Positions 59,854 to 64,000 of a DNA stretch of 64,000 nucleotides are shown here, piece after piece. The notes beneath the pieces were generated by a model. That model had not been told where the DNA came from and searched no databases. It worked only from the letters and a program-made list of their open reading frames with translations. Origin of the DNA: Prevotella sp. (GTDB taxonomy: Bacteria; Bacteroidota; Bacteroidia; Bacteroidales; Bacteroidaceae). Position numbers and translations under genes: made by a program. Location of the stretch: positions 10,526 to 74,525 of the forward strand of contig JAFZAP010000023.1 of NCBI GenBank assembly GCA_017557185.1. The letters run 5' to 3'. The number at the start of each line of letters is the position of its first letter. Positions within the stretch are counted from its first letter, which is position 1.

Positions 59854-60128
59854 GAGCAATCATCTCGTTTTCCTATCTCAATGCCCTAGTGCGGCTAGAG
59901 CAATGAGATGGTAAAGTAAATTAAGTTAATTTGTGCGGTAAATTAAGTTATTTTATTCAGTAAATTAAGTTATTTTACTTACTAAATTAAGTTAATTTAC
60001 TCATCAAATTAAGTTAATTTACTGATTAAAATAAGTTGATTTGTAAAACTAGAGTAATACAATTGCTATTTCAGGACATTGTTAATGCCACACGAAAACA
60101 CTGCTCCAATTACAAGAAAGCAATGCTC
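59854..60128. repeat. 22-bp-phased palindrome array 3
   Basis: 13 centres from 59859 to 60123, exactly every 22 bp; AT core 59914-60023 matches 14011-14120. Confidence 0.88.
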
Positions 60129-60155
60129 CTGCTCATATAAAAGATAGGGTAAACA

Positions 60156-60194
60156 ATTTATCCCAAATCGCCAATCGTCGATTTGGGATAAATA
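60156..60194 (-). terminator. Hairpin downstream of ilvE (probable terminator)
   Basis: atttatcccaaatcg...cgatttgggataaat. Confidence 0.65.
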
Positions 60195-60268
60195 GTTATT
60201 GGAAACCTGGGCTTCTTGTCCTAACTGTTGGAACTATGTCAGCCCAGGCATACACATATATTTATATA

Positions 60269-61285
60269 TTAGATGACTATCTGAGTCCAGCCGTGACGGT
60301 CTTCAACGGTGCCGTACTGGATACCACGCAAGGTTTCGTAGAGTTTCTTCGACATGGGGCCAGGATTGGGACCGAAGTCATAGCGGTGACCAGTATCAGG
60401 ATCGTCGATGTAGGAGATAGGCGAGATGACGGCAGCGGTACCGCAGGCACCAGCCTCCTCGAACGTGTCGAGTTCCTCGATGGGAATGGGACGGCGCTCC
60501 ACCTTCATACCGAGATCCTCGGCAATCTGCATGAGGCTCTTGTTGGTGATACTCGGAAGAATCGACGTCGACTTCGGCGTAATGTACGTGTTGTCCTTAA
60601 TACCAAAGAAGTTAGCTGCACCACACTCGTCCATGTACTTCTTCTCCTTTGCGTCGAGATAGAACTCGCTGGCGTAGCCCTGACGAGCTGCCTTGCTATG
60701 GGCATGTAGAGAAGCTGCGTAGTTGCCACCCACCTTGAAACATCCTGTGCCAAGAGGGGCCGAACGGTCGTGGTCGCGTGTGATGACATAAGGATTCGAC
60801 TGGAAGCCTCCTTTGAAGTAAGGTCCTACAGGTGTTACAAAGATCATAAACAGGTAGTCCTTAGCAGCATGAACACCCACTTGGGCAGTGATGCCGATGA
60901 GGAGCGGGCGCACATAAAGCGTGGCTCCACTCTCGTAGGGCGGGATAAATTCCTGATTGAGGAGGACGACCTTCTTCACCATATCTATAAACATCTCTGT
61001 CGGCACCTCGGGCATCTCAATGCCACGACAAGTGGACTGCAGGCGTGCAGCGTTCTCGTCAGGACGGAAGAGGCGCACGTGTCCATCAGGGCAGCGATAA
61101 GCCTTCAGCCCTTCGAAAGCCTCCTGTCCGTAATGCAGGCAGGTAGCTGCCATATGCATGTTGAGATACTCGTCGGAGCAGATTTCCACCTCGCCCCACT
61201 TGCCATTGTGATAATAGCAACGTACGTTGTAATTGGTAGGCATATAGCCAAACGACAGACTTGCCCAGTCAATGTTCTTCACCAT
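60269..61285 (-). CDS. ilvE: Branched-chain amino acid aminotransferase
   Basis: LHYGQEAFEGLKA, KVGGNYA, ILPSIT and CGTAAVISP motifs. Confidence 0.96.
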   Translation of the reverse strand: MVKNIDWASLSFGYMPTNYNVRCYYHNGKWGEVEICSDEYLNMHMAATCLHYGQEAFEGLKAYRCPDGHVRLFRPDENAARLQSTCRGIEMPEVPTEMFIDMVKKVVLLNQEFIPPYESGATLYVRPLLIGITAQVGVHAAKDYLFMIFVTPVGPYFKGGFQSNPYVITRDHDRSAPLGTGCFKVGGNYAASLHAHSKAARQGYASEFYLDAKEKKYMDECGAANFFGIKDNTYITPKSTSILPSITNKSLMQIAEDLGMKVERRPIPIEELDTFEEAGACGTAAVISPISYIDDPDTGHRYDFGPNPGPMSKKLYETLRGIQYGTVEDRHGWTQIVI

Positions 61286-61395
61286 GTTACTTTACTCTTT
61301 TATAAAAGGTTTAACACTTCCTTATCTGAAAACATCTGCAAAAATACAGATTATTTTCTGAAGCACAAAAGAAAAATGAAAAAATTTTATCTTTA

Positions 61396-61590
61396 TTACT
61401 CTTCGTCCATCACTGCCTTGATGTCGGCATCGACCTTGGTCAGGCGGTCTTTACAGAGCCGGATGAGTTGTTGGGCTTCCTTGAGTTGCTGCGCCATCTG
61501 ATCGATGTCCAGCTCGTCGTTTTCCATTTTCTTTACGATTTCCTCGAGGCGAGTTACGGCCTCTTCGTATTTCATTTGTTCTTGGTTCAT
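61396..61590 (-). CDS. xseB: Exodeoxyribonuclease VII small subunit
   Basis: YEEAVTRLEEIV; directly downstream of xseA. Confidence 0.92.
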   Translation of the reverse strand: MNQEQMKYEEAVTRLEEIVKKMENDELDIDQMAQQLKEAQQLIRLCKDRLTKVDADIKAVMDEE

Positions 61591-61624
61591 GGGAATTGAT
61601 GGGAATTAATGGGAATTATGGTAT

Positions 61625-63136
61625 TTATTGAGATTTGCTGGGAACCTTCACAATTCCCTCCCTATGGGGAGGGCAAGGGTGGGGCTCTTTTACTTCAGAA
61701 GTTACGGTACCACACGAGAGGCGTGTCTCGAGAAGGTCGCCAGGCTGCAGGTCGGAGGCTAAGCGCACGACATGACCATCTTTCAGTGTGATACTGTAAC
61801 CTCGCCGCAACAGCAAGTCGGGATCGAGACCCTTGGCTCGCTGGGTAAGCAGATCAAGCCGATGTCGTTCACGTAACAGCTTTCGCTCGACGAGCGGCGA
61901 TAATTGAGCATGAAGAGTTGAGAGTTGATGATTGAGCGTTGAGAGTTTCTGCGAGGAAAGTGCTGTCATGCGTGTAAAGAGCTGATCGAGGCGTGCCGTC
62001 TGTCGACTCTTCACCAACGAGAACAGTACGGGGATGCGTTCTGCCACCCGTTGCAGACGCAGCTGCTCTATCTGCATGCGTCGACTAACGTAAGAAGTTA
62101 TCGTCTCCTGGCAATCGTTCACACGTGTGAGCACAGCTGCAAGATAATCAATGAGGAATGCTGCGGCAGCTGTAGGCGTTTTAACGCGAGTGTGAGCCAC
62201 CATGTCAAGTACGCTCTCGTCACGTTCATGGCCGATGCCAGTGATGATGGGAATTGGGAAGTTGGCCACGTTCTCTGCCAATGCCAACGTGTCAAAGCCC
62301 GAGAGGTCGGCAGTAGCACCACCGCCACGAATAATGACTACGCAGTCGAAAGGAAGACCCAGCCCCACCCCATCCCTCCCCCGTAGGGAGGGAGTAAGAT
62401 TGTTCAAGGAGTTTGTGTCGGAGTAATGATAGATACTGTTCAAGGCTTCGATGATGCTCTGTTCTACCCCCTCGCCCTGCATGGTAGCAGGGAAAAGTTT
62501 TACATAAAACTGCAGTCCGAAGTCGTTGTCAGATAATTGGTTACAAAAGTCTCCATAACCTGCCGCATTAGGGGATGAAATCACTGCAATGCGCTGACAG
62601 AACAGCGGCAGTTCCAACTCGCGTTGCAGGTCGAAGACACCCTCCTCCTTCAACTGCCGGACGATTTCCTGTCGGCGTCGTGCCATCTCGCCCATTGTGT
62701 AAGTGGGGTCGATGTCGTTCACAATCCATGAGAAGCCATAAGCCTCGTGGAAATTTACGTGAACACGTAGCAGAACCTTTAATCCAGCATGGAACGTCTG
62801 ACCCGTAGCCTGCTCGAAACGCGGTTGCAACTGCATCCACGTGCGTTGCCAGCATTTAGCAGATGCACGCGCCACGGGCGTGTTGCCGAACAGTTCCTTC
62901 TGCACGAGTTCCATGTAGCAGTGACCGCGCACCTCACGAACCTCCGACAGCTCGGCTTCCACCCAGTAGTCATTATCGAGGGTGGTCTCGAGCACTTCGC
63001 GCACGAGGGAGTTCAGTTCAAAGAGAGAAAGCCCCACCCTATCCCTCCCCTCTAGGGAGGGAGAAGACTCATCCCATAGTCCCTCACTATGAGGGAGAGG
63101 GGTAGACACTCTTTTGTCGTGCCTATCAGTACTCAT
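61625..63136 (-). CDS. xseA: Exodeoxyribonuclease VII large subunit, carrying several in-frame repeat insertions
   Basis: GHCY, RGGG, TGIGHERD, KTPTAAA and LLRRGYS motifs. Confidence 0.95.
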   Translation of the reverse strand: MSTDRHDKRVSTPLPHSEGLWDESSPSLEGRDRVGLSLFELNSLVREVLETTLDNDYWVEAELSEVREVRGHCYMELVQKELFGNTPVARASAKCWQRTWMQLQPRFEQATGQTFHAGLKVLLRVHVNFHEAYGFSWIVNDIDPTYTMGEMARRRQEIVRQLKEEGVFDLQRELELPLFCQRIAVISSPNAAGYGDFCNQLSDNDFGLQFYVKLFPATMQGEGVEQSIIEALNSIYHYSDTNSLNNLTPSLRGRDGVGLGLPFDCVVIIRGGGATADLSGFDTLALAENVANFPIPIITGIGHERDESVLDMVAHTRVKTPTAAAAFLIDYLAAVLTRVNDCQETITSYVSRRMQIEQLRLQRVAERIPVLFSLVKSRQTARLDQLFTRMTALSSQKLSTLNHQLSTLHAQLSPLVERKLLRERHRLDLLTQRAKGLDPDLLLRRGYSITLKDGHVVRLASDLQPGDLLETRLSCGTVTSEVKEPHPCPPHREGIVKVPSKSQ

Positions 63137-63153
63137 ATCTGCTATTTATTGCT

Positions 63154-64000
63154 TCACTCACTTCTCCCCTTCTCCAACGCCTTCCAGTAGTCGGGGATGC
63201 CATAACCGAACACGTTGTCAGGATAGTCATAGCGGTCGCCGGCTGAGCGCACAAGGTCGATGATCTGAAAAGCAGTCAGCTTGGGCAACGACTGCCAGAG
63301 ACATGCCACAGCGCCACAGGTGATGGGGGAAGAGAACGAGGTGCCGTTAGCCGTAGTGAGCGTACCTTTTCCACTGACCACAGCCGAGTGGTAGCCCATC
63401 GCCATTACGTCGGGCTTAACACGTCCATCAGCTGATGGTCCCACCGATGAGAATCCCGTATTGATGCGCTGTGCATTGACAGCACCAACAGTCAAGATAT
63501 TGTCGGCATCGCCAGGCACGTTAATCTTCTTCCACGTGCCCAAGCCCTCATTGCCGGCACTCGCCACAAGCACCATGCCCTTGCTGGCCAGCAACGATGC
63601 CGAACGAGAACAAATGGACGTGCGGCCATCGAGTTCGCGATAAGGATGATCGCCCAACGAGCGGTCAAAGTGGTGATAGCCTAGAGAAGAGTTCAACACA
63701 TCGGCACCAATGGAGTCGGCAAACTCCACAGCGGCAGCCCAGAAGTCCTCTTCGGCAAGGCTCTCCGAGCGTCCGTCCTCTGTGCGGATAAGGATGAACT
63801 GTGCTTCGGGCGCTGTGCCCACCATCGTGTCAGGACGATTCATAGCTATCGTCGAAAGCACTTCCGTTCCGTGATCGAGTTCACCGAAGAAGTCGGGCGA
63901 CGGAGGATAGACACAGTCTCGATGAGCCACCACGCGCACGTTAGATAAAAGTGGTATACGATCGACATTCATGAAACCTCCATCGAGCACGGCAATTGTC
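63154..64000 (-). CDS. S8 serine peptidase, 5'-truncated by the window edge
   Basis: LDGGF, HGTEVLS, SAGNEG, KPDV and GTSFS motifs. Confidence 0.9.
   Translation of the reverse strand, partial: TIAVLDGGFMNVDRIPLLSNVRVVAHRDCVYPPSPDFFGELDHGTEVLSTIAMNRPDTMVGTAPEAQFILIRTEDGRSESLAEEDFWAAAVEFADSIGADVLNSSLGYHHFDRSLGDHPYRELDGRTSICSRSASLLASKGMVLVASAGNEGLGTWKKINVPGDADNILTVGAVNAQRINTGFSSVGPSADGRVKPDVMAMGYHSAVVSGKGTLTTANGTSFSSPITCGAVACLWQSLPKLTAFQIIDLVRSAGDRYDYPDNVFGYGIPDYWKALEKGRSE

Noticed and set aside
61591-61620. (gggaattrat)x3 between xseA and xseB
   Set aside because: A short simple repeat with no further structure; noted only.

Overview
A 64 kb chromosomal window from a Bacteroidota genome, most likely Prevotellaceae. 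This rests on TAnnTTTG promoter boxes, Prevotella-type C-terminal secretion tails, a hybrid two-component system (HTCS) and many glycoside hydrolases. It holds about 50 housekeeping and glycan-utilisation genes (nudC, aroC, slyD, ccs1/ccsA, crcB, mutS2, mrp, trmB, ilvE, xseA/B; GH5-GH43, GH127/146, GH29, two GH115, GH5, esterases), a tRNA-Ser(UGA) and a REP-flanked RAYT transposase. Most of the unexplained structure is repetitive DNA. (1) A ~36-bp CCCCTCCC-N(4-5)-GGGAGGGG palindromic element occurs about 20 times, counting decayed copies. Most copies sit in frame inside intact genes (four in xseA) and add Pro/Gly-rich peptides. (2) Three intergenic arrays of short odd palindromes keep a strict 22-bp register over 10-14 units, and two of them share a near-identical 110-bp core 46 kb apart. 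(3) There are also a 272-bp MITE-like hairpin, in-frame heptamer repeats and candidate small RNAs, one with a complete promoter and terminator. All calls come from reading the sequence and motifs; no database searches were run.
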